A DNA stretch of 64,000 nt, from positions 8,432,001 to 8,496,000 of the forward strand of contig NC_043011.1 of NCBI RefSeq assembly GCF_006345805.1, given 5' to 3'. Source of the DNA: Octopus sinensis (lineage: Eukaryota). Shown here piece by piece: positions 51,886 to 64,000 of this stretch. Every line of letters starts with the position of its first letter. The stretch's first letter is position 1. Made by a program: the position numbers and the translations under genes. Below the pieces are notes generated by a model. That model was given only the letters and a program-made list of their open reading frames with translations. It had not been told where the DNA came from and did no database searches.

Positions 51886-54591
51886 TTTAGTATTGGCAAC
51901 ATGAATGACAATGGCCAAAGACTACTTGAATTTTGCACATACCATAACCTGTGCATCACCAACACATTCTTTCCCAACAAGACATCCCACAAGGCATCTT
52001 GGAGACATCCAAGATCTCACCACTGGCATCAGTTGGATCTCATCATTACACGAAGATCCTTTCTGAATTCTGTTCAACTGACCCGTAGCGCGGATTGTGA
52101 CACAGATCATTCACTAATAAGAAGGGTGAGGATTCTGCCTAAAAAGTCCATCACTCCAAGAAAATGAGCCAACCACGCATTAACACTGCCAGAACCTCGG
52201 ACCCTGCGACAATGTTTTGCTGTTTCTATCAAGGTTGCCCTCAGTAGCTGCCCAACCTCCTCTGCTGAAAGTAGGTGGAATTATATCAGGGAAGCTTTGT
52301 ATACCACATCAATAGATACTTTCGGAATGAGAGAAAGGTAAAACCCAGATTTTGTTCAGTGCTGGGCTCTCAGAGCTGGAAACAGTTATCGAAGCAAAGC
52401 GTGCAGCTCTGATGCAATACAAGAGTGTTTCTTCTACAAAGTCACTCGAAGAACTCAGAAAGGCAAGAAATAAAACCCGACTCACTGCCAGACGCTGTGC
52501 AAATGGGTATTGACAGGAAATCTGTCAGAGTATCCAGTCAGCTGCTGACAGTGGTGACACCCGTGGGATGTATGCCGGTTTGAAGAAGGCCCTCGGTCCA
52601 TCCGCAACCACCTCAGCCCCTCTGAAATCAACTACTGGAGATCTCATCAAGGACCAAAGCAAGCAAAAGGATACATGGATGGAGTACTACCAGGATCCCT
52701 ACACACGAGAGGTAGCTGAAGCTGCAATCGAGGGTGTCAAGATCTTGCCAGTCATGTGTGAACTTGACAGTCTGCCATCTATAGCAGAGCTCACCAAATC
52801 TATTGACTCCCTAGCAAGTAACAAGGCTCCGGGGAAAGACGGCATCCCCTTAGAGATCATCAAAACCGGCAAAAATACCATCCTGCTTCGGCACATTCAT
52901 GAGCTTCTGTGTAAGTGCTGGTAAGAGGGTACAGTCCCTCAGAATATGCGGGATGCTAACATCATTACGCTTTACAAAAATAAAAGTGACCGTGATGATT
53001 GTAACAATTACCGTGGAATATCTCTTCTAAGCACAGTTGGAAAGGCCTCTGCTCGCATTATCCTGTCCAGGCGTCCAGGCTGCAACTAATTGCTTCTCGA
53101 ATTTATCCAGAATCGCAGTGTGGCTTTAGAAGCAGATCAACTATTGACATGATATTCTCCATACGCCAACTTCAGAAGTCCAGAGAGCAGAACATTCCAT
53201 TATATATGGCCTTCATTGATCTGACAAAGGGCTTTGACTTGGTAAGTAGAAAAGGCCTCTTCATCCTGCTCCAAAAAATCGGATGTCCACCAAAGCTGCT
53301 GAGGATCATCAAATCATTCCATGCTAATATGCAAGGCACCATACAGCACATTGGTTCAACATCAGCCGCCTTCCAAATAAAAAATGGGGTAGAGCAAGGT
53401 TGTGTCCTTGCTCCTACATTATTTGGCATCTTCTTCTCGCTGCTGCTGTCACATGCCTTTGAGACATCAGATGATGGAGTGTTTCTGCACAGTAGAAGTG
53501 ATGGGAAACTGTTTAATCTCTCGCGTCTGCGTGCCAAGACCAAAATCTCAGAAGCGTCCTGATCAAGGAGATGCTATTTGCTGATGATGCCGCTCTGGTA
53601 TCACACACAGAAGAAGCCCTACGAAGGCTCAGCAACTGTTTTGAGCAAGCATTTGGCAACTTTGGCTTAGTTATCAGCCTCAAGAATACCAACATCATGG
53701 GTCAGGCTACATCGGACATCCCAAACATACATATTGGAGACCACAGAGTATATGAGGTGGAGAAGTTTACCTATCTTGGCTCTACCGTCACCTACAACCT
53801 ATCCCTTGATGCTGAGCTCAATATACGCATTGGCAAGGCAGCTGCTGTGATGGCCCAACTCACCAAACGCGCATGGGACAACAATAAGCTGACCAAGACC
53901 ACAAAAATGAAGATTTACCAGACATGTGTACTTAGCACTCTACTGTATGACTTAGACGCCATACACACGCCATACGACGCCATACGTCGCCTAAATATCT
54001 TTCACTTGCGCTGTCTCCGGAAAATCCATCGCATCAAATGGCAGAATCATGTCCCTAACAAAGATGTCCTCAAGCAAGCAGGAATACCAAGCATGTTTGC
54101 ACTCTTCACACAAAAACGTATGAGATCGCTTGGACATGTTAGCCGTATGGAAGATGGCAGAATCCCCAAGGACATACTCAACGGAGAGCTTGCTAGGGGC
54201 ACTAGGTCTGTGGGAAGACCGTTCTTACGATACAAGGATGTTTGCAAAAGGGACATGAATGCCTGCAACATCAATATTACCAACTGGGAAGCAGTTGCCA
54301 GCAACCGTGGATATTGGCGATGTATCGTAAAAGAGGGAACACAAAGGAGTGACATAGTAAGAAAGGAGAAATGGAAAGACAAGAAAAGACGTCAACAAAA
54401 AACTATGACATTAAGACCAGTCAGGCAAAGTCTTCGCTACATTTACGGCACCTGCCAGAGGGAGTGTTTGTCCCGGATAGGACTACACAGCCACAGCAAG
54501 AGATGTATTAGGACATGAAATGCAAAAGCCGGACTAGATTATTTTATGCGCAACTCCATTGTCTCCTGAGACAAAAAGGATGCCAACAACA
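51886..54591 (+). pseudogene. RTE-clade (BovB-like) LINE, 5'-truncated in endonuclease
   Basis: NDNGQRLLEFC..ITNTFF..QLDLII..DTDH; KAPGKDGI; FIDLTKGFD; QGCVLAPTLF; LFADDAAL; CQRECLSRIGLHSH; tail gtctcctgagaca..ggatgcca(aca)n; stops and frameshifts. Confidence 0.93.
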
Positions 54592-54894
54592 ATATATATG
54601 GATTTCGTAGACATGAACTGTAACAAATAAATCGTATATATATGTATGTATATATGTAAGTGTATGTGTGTGTCTTTGTCTCTGTGTTTCGCCCTCATCA
54701 CTGCTTCACAACTGCTGTTCACTTATTTACATACACATAACTTACTGGTTTCACAAGAACAAACTAATAGAGTAAGTACTAGGCTTATCAACATAAAAAA
54801 GCACTAGGCTGTGTCTCATATTTTTGTTTGCCCACTCAGTTGTATCTATCAATTTATCTTTGTGTGTGTGTATCTATATATATATATATATAAC

Positions 54895-56209
54895 ACCCTA
54901 ATGGGAGCCATAAATCCCAAATTTTAGTAATTTCTTTTATGATCCAAAACTTGGTCAAAAGTACTGAATGGATCTTTATGAAATTTGGAAATTATATTCT
55001 ATGCATAAGGGCCATAACGCCCATGACAATTCATATATTTTTGCTGTTGATGAAATTTTAACCATAGACATTAGACACAAATGAAGTAATATCTATAAAA
55101 TTTCATCTTACAAAGTTAGAAAGACCCCTCCATGGGGACTTAACATCTACAATTTTGTCATTTTATCTAAGCAAAAATGAATACAGTTGTGCTCTTGGAA
55201 GCTGTAGGGTTACCCGAGCATAAAAGATGAGCATTATTTGTAATTCAATGGTACAACAGTGTAACAGTTTGCTTTGACATACACTTACATTGTGATTTCT
55301 GCAATGTGCTGCATAAATTGTCAAGTAAATGAGAGGCATCTTTGCCTCCACTGATTCAGTTGCAAAGTGTAGAGTAAAATTTATTTGATTGCAGACCTCC
55401 TTTCAGTCTTTTTATTATCACTCGGTCACACATAGTCCCCAGATGGTAACATTGATTTCAAGGCCTTCCCAGATGAGTGACTGGTTATTCGAAGACATTT
55501 ATAGATTTTAAATTTATTCTGTCCAGTTACGTATCAGTATAGTGGTCATTTGCAAACTACAGAGGTGACACTTTCATTTCTCCTTAGCTCTCACGTCAAA
55601 CAGTTGTTAATGTTGATTTCAGTTGGGTCACGCCCTTCCAATTGCTATAGATTCGTAATGCATCTTACGGCTGTGCATGTCACCTGGATGGTGAGGAATC
55701 CTACATTAGGAGTGGTAACGACTAGGGTAGGGTAACTGACTGCTTATTGTGATCATTCGTCTTTTGGTTTCCTGTAGCTTTGTTCTCTTTTACAAACCCA
55801 GTGAACATATATTTCCTATTTCAAAGAAATTCAAACAATAGATATATGACCCAAGTTAAAAAGATTTTCAACAATTCAACTTCTCTGGTTGACATTAAGA
55901 TGCCTACCCCCAACAGGGGCCTTAACTCTCACATTTTAGAGCTCCATGACCTTCATTTTTCAGGAACAAAATCTTTTTAACAAGTTAAATAAGACTGGAA
56001 TTTTGGAATATGCGCATAAAAATCAGGATTATGGGATACATGTGGCACCATTACAATTTTTTAGGGTGTGTAAAGATTGAAATAACCCTCATCTGCAATT
56101 TTGATGAAATTCGAAACATAGATATTCCAGTTCATCACAGAAGATATAACAGAAAAGTCTAATTCTCTAATTGAATGTAATCGGGCAACGCCGGGTATCT
56201 CTGCTAGTA
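54895..56209 (+). mobile_element. Helentron-associated (HINE-like) non-autonomous element
   Basis: Internal actgaatggatctttatgaaatttgg core-like motif; 3' end cgggcaacgccgggtatctctgCTAGT; (TA)n on both sides. Confidence 0.55.
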
Positions 56210-56315
56210 TATATATATATTTCTAATGCCAAATATGTCGAAAATATTGTCCATTAACCATAAAATTTTTCCAATACGCACGCTACTCGAATAAAATTTC
56301 TAAAAAATTCCATTA

Positions 56316-56374
56316 TTACCATATCGGACCGATTTCAGAGTTAGCTACTAAGAGCCCTCTCTTCGTCAGTGATA
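56316..56374 (-). ncRNA. Type I hammerhead ribozyme (inverted copy)
   Basis: Minus strand tatca-CTGACGA-agag..ctct-GAAA-tcggtccga-TA-tggta. Confidence 0.75.
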
Positions 56375-56678
56375 CATGAATTATATAAATTTAACCGTTA
56401 AAGGTATTTTTAATATGCTGGCCATTGATAAAATTGTTTTCGAGAAAATATTTTTTTTCGAAAAGAATTTTATCCTCACATTTGATATAAATTTAAGCGT
56501 TCACTTCCGGACTAACTAACTCACTCTGTGAGAGCCTCAGTTCAAATCGCACGTGCCTCGGATGGGCTGGAGTATTTCTATTTTGGATGTATTTGGGGTA
56601 CTTAGTCGTGCCCGTGACTTAGTGTTTGCTTCTTCCATGGGTATGAGTAAGTATCTCATTTATTTCTTTTACCACATG

Positions 56679-56736
56679 TATCACTGACGAAGAGAGAGCT
56701 CTTAGTAGCTAACTCTGAAATCGGTCCGATATGGTA
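56679..56736 (+). ncRNA. Type I hammerhead ribozyme, unit 1
   Basis: Stem I tatca/tggta; CTGACGA 56684-56690; stem II agag/ctct plus agct/agct; GAAA 56717-56720; stem III atcgg-t-ccgat; AUA triplet, predicted cut after 56731. Confidence 0.8.
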
Positions 56737-57177
56737 ATAATGGAATTTTTTAGAAATTTCTGTCAGCCTTTTTCGAGTAGCGTGCGTATTGTGAAAAAAT
56801 TATATGGTTAATGGACAATATGTCCAATTTTTCGGCATATTTGGCATTAGAAATTTTTTCCCTTGCCCTCATTTATGAATTATATAAATTTAACCGTTAA
56901 AGGTATTTTTTGATATGCTGGCCATGATAAAATTGTTTTCGAGAAAATATTTTTTTTCGAAAAGAATTTTATCCTCACATTTGATATAAATTTAAGCGTT
57001 CACTTCCGGACTAACTAACTCACTCTGTGAGAGCCTCAGTTCAAATCGCACGTGCCTCGGATGGGCTGGAGTATTTCTATTTTGGATGTATTTGGGGTAC
57101 TTAGTCGTGCCCGTGACTTAGTGTTTGCTTCTTCCATGGGTATGAGTAAGTATCTCATTTATTTCTTTTACCACATG

Positions 57178-57235
57178 TATCACTGACGAAGAGAGAGCTC
57201 TTAGTAGCTAACTCTGAAATCGGTCCGATATGGTA
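57178..57235 (+). ncRNA. Type I hammerhead ribozyme, unit 2
   Basis: Identical to unit 1; predicted cut after 57230. Confidence 0.8.
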
Positions 57236-57483
57236 ATAATGGAATTTTTTAGAAATTTCTGTCAGCCTTTTTCGAGTAGCGTGCGTATTGTGAAAAAATT
57301 ATATGGTTAATGGACAATATGTCCAATTTTTCGGCATATTTGGCATTAGAAATTTTTTCCCTTGCCCTCATTTATGAATTATATAAATTTAACCGTTAAA
57401 GGTATTTTTTGATATGCTGGCCATTGATAAAATTGTTTTCGAGAAAATATTTTTTTTCGAAGAGAATTTTATCCTCACATTTG

Positions 57484-57522
<39 letters not shown>

Positions 57523-57544
57523 ATGTATGTATGTATGTGTGTGT

Positions 57545-57757
57545 GTGTGTATGTTTGGGTGTCTCCGTTTGTCCCTCCACTATCGCTTGACAACCGATGC
57601 TAGTGTGTTTACGTCCCCGTAACTTAGCGGTTCGGCAAGAGAGACCAATAGAATAAGTACAAGGCTTACAAAGAATAAATCCTGGGGTCGATTTGCTCGA
57701 CTAAAGGCGGTGCTCCAGCATGGCCACAGTCACATGTCTGAAACAAGTAAAAAGTAA
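57545..57757 (+). mobile_element. SINE family B 3' half
   Basis: cgcttgacaaccgatgct..ttagcggttcggcaag..ggcggtgctccagcatggcc..gaaacaagtaaaa. Confidence 0.82.
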
Positions 57758-57785
57758 AAGTATATATAATATATGTCTATATATG

Positions 57786-57837
<52 letters not shown>

Positions 57838-57948
57838 CGTATAAAATTCATATGTTTATAAATGTGAATATATATATATATATATTATATATATATGAAT
57901 TTTATACGTATATACACACTTATATAAAATATACGTATACATTACCTA

Positions 57949-57999
<51 letters not shown>

Positions 58000-58001
58000 G
58001 C

Positions 58002-58038
<37 letters not shown>

Positions 58039-58391
58039 ATAATATATATACATACATGCATACACATACATACATACGTTCATACATTCATACATACAGA
58101 TAGGTACTATCAAACCTTTTGTAAGTATCGGTATGTTTAACGAGACAGTACCACCTGGTGTATGGTAATGTGTTCCTAATGTTTACACGACACGATCCAA
58201 TAATCTATTGGAATGTTAGTGTTGTTGTTGTTATTGTTCTGGCCCCAGGGTAGCTGTGATAAACCATATCTATGATCAAAGGCGTCAAACCGTGAACGTT
58301 ACGTCTTTTTATTTCAGTCTTTGTACATCAAGCAGTACAATATCGAGAACGTCCTTCGTAGATAGACAGGTAGATAGATAGACAGACAGAC

Positions 58392-58535
<144 letters not shown>

Positions 58536-58704
58536 CAGAGATAAATTGCTGGATAAATTGCTGGTAGGTAAATAGGTGTATAGGTACATAAATGGAGGGA
58601 GTGGATACACGTGGCTTATTAGTTAAGCTATTTGTAAGATTGTGGTTTCGAATCCTGGATGATACGTTCTGTTCTAGCTGTTCATTTATCTGGCATAATG
58701 AGTA

Positions 58705-59449
58705 AAGCTTCGTCTCGAGCAACTCAACCGGGCCGTCCGTCCAGCGTCCCACGACGGAGGTGCTGGTGGACGGCATGGGCTTGCTTCTCCAGGTGCCGAG
58801 CCGCAAGTCCACTGACTTTTCCCTGTTGATTTTCGCTCCTGTCACCGCTTCGTAGTCTTTCAGTGTCTCGCCGACCAGGTCAATGTGCTCGTGGCTAGAC
58901 ACTATGACGGTGACGTCGTCCGCGTATGCAGACACGCTCGTCCCGCATCCCAATTCTCGCGGGATGCCCCTCAGAGTCGCCAGCTTCTGCAGTAGTGGCA
59001 CGAGAGTCAATACGTATAGAAGCGACGAGAGGGGGCATCACTGACGGACCGAACATGCGATGTCGAAAGGTCTCGATAGATGTCCATTTACGCAAATTAC
59101 CGAACCGATACCTGTTTACAAAGCAGCTATCCAGCCGCGGAAGACGGGATCGAAACCAGCCGCTCTAAGGACAGCCTCCAAGTATCGATGGTCTACCCTA
59201 TCGAAAGCTTTCGATTGATCCAAATTGATCAGGTTCCTTAACTACTCTGTCTCTGATGTAGCGCATCAGACGGATGTTGTCATGGATGCTCCGGCCCGGC
59301 ACGGTGCACGTTTGCGCCCTGTCGACCAGTTTCTCGATGACAAGCGCCAACCTCTTGGCTAGCACCTTGGTCAAAATTTTTAGGTCTGCTTTGAGCAGAG
59401 TGATTGGCGTAAAGTTATCTATGTTTCCCTTGTTTGGATCTTTCTTCAG
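58705..59449 (-). mobile_element. Tx1-like GATA-associated family, copy C (internal RT fragment)
   Basis: NFTPITLLKADLKILTKV..YADDVTV..INREKS; 5' junction runs into (GATA)n at 59450-59538; another (GATA)n at about 58365-58537. Confidence 0.88.
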
Positions 59450-59460
59450 ACAGATTGATC

Positions 59461-59536
<76 letters not shown>

Positions 59537-59715
59537 TACTTTATATGTATTTATGTATGAATGTAAATATATGAAATGGGTACTAAGAAATATATATTTT
59601 ACATATTTCCACGCATACATACATATGTATATATATATATATATATGTGTGTGTGTGCGTGGGTGCGCGCGTGGGTTTGCACTAATATGTATATATATAT
59701 ATATACATACATACA

Positions 59716-59746
<31 letters not shown>

Positions 59747-60372
59747 GTATATATATATGCTAATATGCGCCTATACATATACATACACCGCTCACTCTGA
59801 CATAGACGCCCACATACACCTGTGTGATTGTGTGTGTTGCTGTTTGTGTGCGTGTGTACGTGTATGTTGGTGCGCTTCTACACATGAGCGCGCGATAATG
59901 TGAACGGATACATAAAATTGTTGAGGCACAGCTCAGATAAATAAACAAATAAATAAATAAAAAAAGGCATCTTTTCAAAGAAGTCTCAATAAATATACGG
60001 TTAAATAAAGAATACAGAAAGCGGAATGTATCCGAAAACGGAAATAATCACCCATAATTGAACAAGAGATACCGCAATACACCGAATTACGAAGAACTGG
60101 AATGTTCGTGCATACATACGATACTTTACGTATTATGTGAAATGATAGAGAATACAACGGTGAATGCTAAAAACAAATTAGTCGGCATTAACACACCAGC
60201 AACTATAGCATCTAACTGTAATAAGCTATAATTTCATGGCGAGGATATATTTACATTTATGTTTTGCTAGTCGAATAAATGATTGTGCGAGGTTGGGAAG
60301 AATGGAAGAATAGCGGAATTAACAAAAGCTTCCATGTTACGATTATCGAAAATTAGTATATACACACAGACA

Positions 60373-60403
<31 letters not shown>

Positions 60404-60478
60404 ATGCATGTATATATCAGTGGGTACTTCATCATGTCAACCTGTCAACATATATGTATTTATGTATATATGCATACA

Positions 60479-60554
<76 letters not shown>

Positions 60555-60587
60555 GTATGTGTGTATGTATGTATGTATATATATATA

Positions 60588-60618
<31 letters not shown>

Positions 60619-60623
60619 CATAC

Positions 60624-60656
<33 letters not shown>

Positions 60657-60777
60657 CATATATATATACATACATTATTATCATTGGTTAATAAACAAAT
60701 CATTATTATTATTATTTTTGTTGTTGTTGTTGTTGTTGTTATTATATACACAAAGAAATAGATAGATAGATATACAG

Positions 60778-60844
<67 letters not shown>

Positions 60845-60852
60845 CAGTTAGA

Positions 60853-60962
60853 TAACTTTCTTTATTGGCCACACAGGGCTGAAATACAGAGGGGACAAAT
60901 ACAAATGTAGAGCTTTTCTTTTTGAAGATGGAAAAAGAAAAAAGGAAACAAAAAAGGAAACA
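60853..60962 (-). mobile_element. Tx1-like GATA-associated family, copy D (3' tail only, about 110 bp)
   Basis: ttctttattggccacacagggctg..gtagagcttttcttttt matches the 3' ends of copies A and B; (GATA)/(GGTA)n on both sides. Confidence 0.8.
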
Positions 60963-61479
60963 AATAGGTAGATAGGTAGATAGATAGGTAGGTAGATAGA
61001 CAGGTAGATAGATAAATGGATAGATAGATAGAGCTTGTTTATTTCCTGTGAATAAAGGTTATGTCAACAGGTTATGCATAGGTCGTCCATGAAAACTTTC
61101 GCGGGAACGTTACTGGCTGTTGCTGTTGTTTTTATTGTTGTTGTAGTTGTTGTTATTGCAACAATTTTAGATTCCTGTTGATTGAGCAGATCCCTGATCA
61201 AAAGCTTTCCAAATGTGACTATCTCTTCTGCTTTCTGTTTTTTTTACGTTTATTCTTTTGTGCATATGTATGCATGCGCGCGTATGTGCACGTCTATGTG
61301 CGTGTGTGTGTGTGCGTGTGTGTGTGTGTGTTTACTTGTGTGTGCATGCATGTATATGTGTGTGTGTGTGTGTGCATGGTGTATACGTGTGTGTGTGTGC
61401 GTGTGTGTGTGTATGTGCTCTCTGATATATCTATATTGAGCTACATCATCCAATGTTAGCGCAGTTTCCGTTCCTGATA

Positions 61480-62000
61480 TTGTCGTTGTTGTTAGTGTCG
61501 GTGTTGGTGGTGGTGGTGGTTCTTGTGGTGGTGTTGGCGGTGGGGGTGGAGTGGCGGTGGTGGTGATAGTGGTAGTAGTGATGGTTGTGGTGATGCTAGT
61601 TGTGGTGGTGGTAGTAGTGTGGTGTTGGTGTTGGTGGCGGGGGTGGGGTGGCAGTGGTGGTGGTGGCGGCGTCGATGGTGGTGGAGATAGTGGTGGTGGT
61701 GATGGTGGTGGTAGTGGTGGTGGTTGTGGTGGTGGTGGTGGCGGCGTCGATGGTGGTGGAGGTGGATAGTGGTGATGATGTGTGGCGGTTAGTGGTTGGT
61801 GGTGGGAATCATGGGGTGGTGCGGGGTGAGAGTAGTGGTTGTTGTTGTTGGTGGTGGTGGGGTGGTAGTAATGGGGGCGTTAGTTGTAGTAGTGGTGGTA
61901 GTGGTGGTGGTAGTAGTGGTGGTAGTAGTGCTCGTGGTGGTGGTGGTGGTGGTGGTGGTAGTGGTTGGTGGTGGTTGTGTTGGTGGTGGCGCCACCATCG
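61480..62000. repeat. (GGT)n/(GTA)n degenerate microsatellite
   Basis: Direct inspection. Confidence 0.85.
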
Positions 62001-62183
62001 TCGCCGTCGCCCTCTTTGTTACTGTTGTTTATTCTCCAGCCATCAAAGTTCTATTTTTATTTATTTGTTTCTTTGTACTAACCTCTTGCTATTGTTGTTG
62101 TTGTTTTCGGATGTACTGTATTGAGTGCTACATTATTATCATCAGCGTTTGGCTTTTTTATCGCGTTCTGATGCATTTTAGTA

Positions 62184-62236
<53 letters not shown>

Positions 62237-62269
62237 GCATCTGCGTCGTCGTCATTGCTGTTGTCATCG

Positions 62270-62655
62270 TTGTTCCTACTGTTCTTGTTGCTGTTGAGCG
62301 ACCGGTCTTCGTCCCAGAGCTCGCAAGATGGGAGAAGTCCGAAACGTGGTCCTTTGCTATTCGTAAGACCCGCAGAAGAGAGAGCAGGTTAACCCCCCGA
62401 CACCGAGAGCATCGACGGATGAATGAATGCGCATCTAGGCTCGGGGTTGCGTAGGAAGTCGGGGGATAAGAAACACGAAGAAAGAGTGAGAGAAAGTTGG
62501 AGCGAAAGAGCACAATAGGGGTCGCCACCCGCCCCTGCCGGAGCCTCGTGGAGCTTTAGGTGTTTTCGCTCAATAAACACTCACAACGCCCGGTCTGGGA
62601 ATCGAAAACGCAATCCTCCGACCGCGAGTCCGCTGCCCTAACCATTGGGCCATTG
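62270..62655 (-). mobile_element. tRNA-derived SINE family C
   Basis: Minus strand gcaatggcccaatggttagggcagcggactcgcggtcgg..ttcgattccc head, ttgtgagtgtttattgagcgaaaacacc core, tail ending (caa)n. Confidence 0.65.
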
Positions 62656-63269
62656 CAGCTGTAATTCTTGTAGTTGTTGCTGTTGTCATTTTGGCTGCAG
62701 CCCTCGTCGTTTCATTGTTGCTGTGGCCTTTGTTGTCGCAGCAATAATCATTGTTGTTCTTGCTATCGTTGTTCATCAATTACCCACCAAACAGAACATT
62801 AAACACAACATCACAACTTCCGTTATTTCAATTTACAACAACCAGCTCAGCCCCGAGGAAATAAACCTTCCTTCTTTCACACTTACACAACACAATATTC
62901 TTTCATAATAACTTACGAGGCTTTACAGAAAAGCACGAAATAAATTAGGTTACATAATTTATGACATTGCTTTTAGACAATAAATTATTTCATCATATTT
63001 GTTCCTTTGTTATCTCTTGTTTAATTGACCGAAACTAATATTATTTTTAATAATACGTAATGGTGTTTTGTTGGGTCTTTTTCTCTCTTCTTCTCGTTTT
63101 TCGTTGTTTTGTTGCATTAAGGCGAGCAACATTAATCCGCCATTTTGCTTTTTTCATTCGATTTTAATTGGAAATCGCCGAGAGGGGTGGCAATGCATAC
63201 TTATGACACTCAAAAGGGCGGAATGGGACGAATGGGCGCGGCCTCTTGGCCGTTGTTTTTTTTTACCTT

Positions 63270-63480
63270 TTATCTGTTGTCTTTTTTTACTTGTTTCAGT
63301 CATTAGACTGCGGCCATGCTGGGGCAAGGCCTTCAAGAATTTTAGTCGAACGAATCGATCCCTGTACTTATTCTACTGGTCTCTTTCGTCGAACTGACGG
63401 TTTACGGGGACGTAAACATACCAGCACCGGTTGTCAAGCAGTGGTGGAGGACAAACTTAGATACAAACACACACACACAC
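63270..63480 (-). mobile_element. SINE family B 3' half
   Basis: Reverse complement of gcttgacaaccggtgctgg..tttacgtccccgtaa..cagcatggccgcagtc.aatgactgaaacaagtaaaaa. Confidence 0.75.
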
Positions 63481-63536
63481 ACACACACACATACACACAC
63501 ACACACATACACACACACACATACATATACATAAAT

Positions 63537-63860
63537 CGCGTGGCTTATTTGTTAGGGTATTCTTCTCGCGATCGTAGGGTCGCATGTTCGATTCCCAGCA
63601 ATGCGTTGTGTCCTTGAGCAATACACTTTATTTTTTTATTGCTCCAGTCCACTCAGCTGGCAAAAAAATTAGTAATACCTGTATTTCAAGGGGTCAGCCT
63701 TGTCACACTCTGTCGCACGCTGGATCTCTCTGAGAAGTATGTGAAGAGGTACGCGTGTCCGTGCGGGTGCTTAACCACTTTCACGTTAATCTCATGAGGA
63801 AGCCGTTTCGTTGATCGGATCAACTGGAACCCTCGTCGTCGTAAGCGGTGGAGTGCCAAT
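63537..63860 (+). mobile_element. tRNA-derived SINE family D with V/CORE-like core
   Basis: Head ..gttcgattccc, core gttgtgtccttgagcaa.acacttt..tgctccagtccactcagctg, tail caactggaaccctcgtcgtcgtaa. Confidence 0.65.
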
Positions 63861-63869
63861 TTCTTGTTT

Positions 63870-63955
<86 letters not shown>

Positions 63956-64000
63956 GTTAATCCAAACAAGAAAGCACAAAAAAGACACAACAACGCGAGG

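Larger units (their letters stand above)
56220..57487. mobile_element. 499-bp tandem hammerhead-bearing repeat (2.2 units) with inverted partial copy: Penelope pLTR / retrozyme-like
   Basis: Units start at 56376, 56875 and 57374; 56220-56378 is the reverse complement of the unit 3' part; (TA)n flanks. Confidence 0.85.

Overview
Gene-poor, repeat-saturated eukaryotic DNA. The SINE, LINE and microsatellite make-up suggests an octopus/coleoid cephalopod genome (inference). No intact host protein-coding gene could be supported, and most ORF-track entries are translations of (TA)n, (CA)n, (GATA)n, (ATT)n, (GGT)n and (GGCTT)n. Retroelements: a near-full-length Tx1/L1-like LINE (45819-51328, minus); four truncated copies of a second Tx1-like family in or next to (GATA)n; an ORF1-only Tx1 relative; three R4/Dong-like RLE fragments in (ATT)n; one RTE LINE; one CR1-group fragment; one decayed Penelope-like RT/GIY-YIG ORF; and several tRNA-derived SINE families. 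DNA elements: a DD41D Tc1/mariner nested in a DD34D mariner, a mariner MITE, and tandem Helitron/Helentron-like non-autonomous elements. Other structure: a 70-bp GC-rich hairpin satellite that runs directly into 1.8 kb of (GGCTT)n, and several hammerhead-ribozyme (HHR) motifs. The best leads are (i) a 499-bp tandem HHR array that could release a retrozyme-like, possibly circular RNA, and (ii) a microsatellite-targeting retrotransposon set: (GATA)n-associated Tx1, a SINE sharing the Tx1 3' tail, and (TAA)n-associated RLE elements. All alignments, folds and translations were done by eye; element boundaries are approximate.
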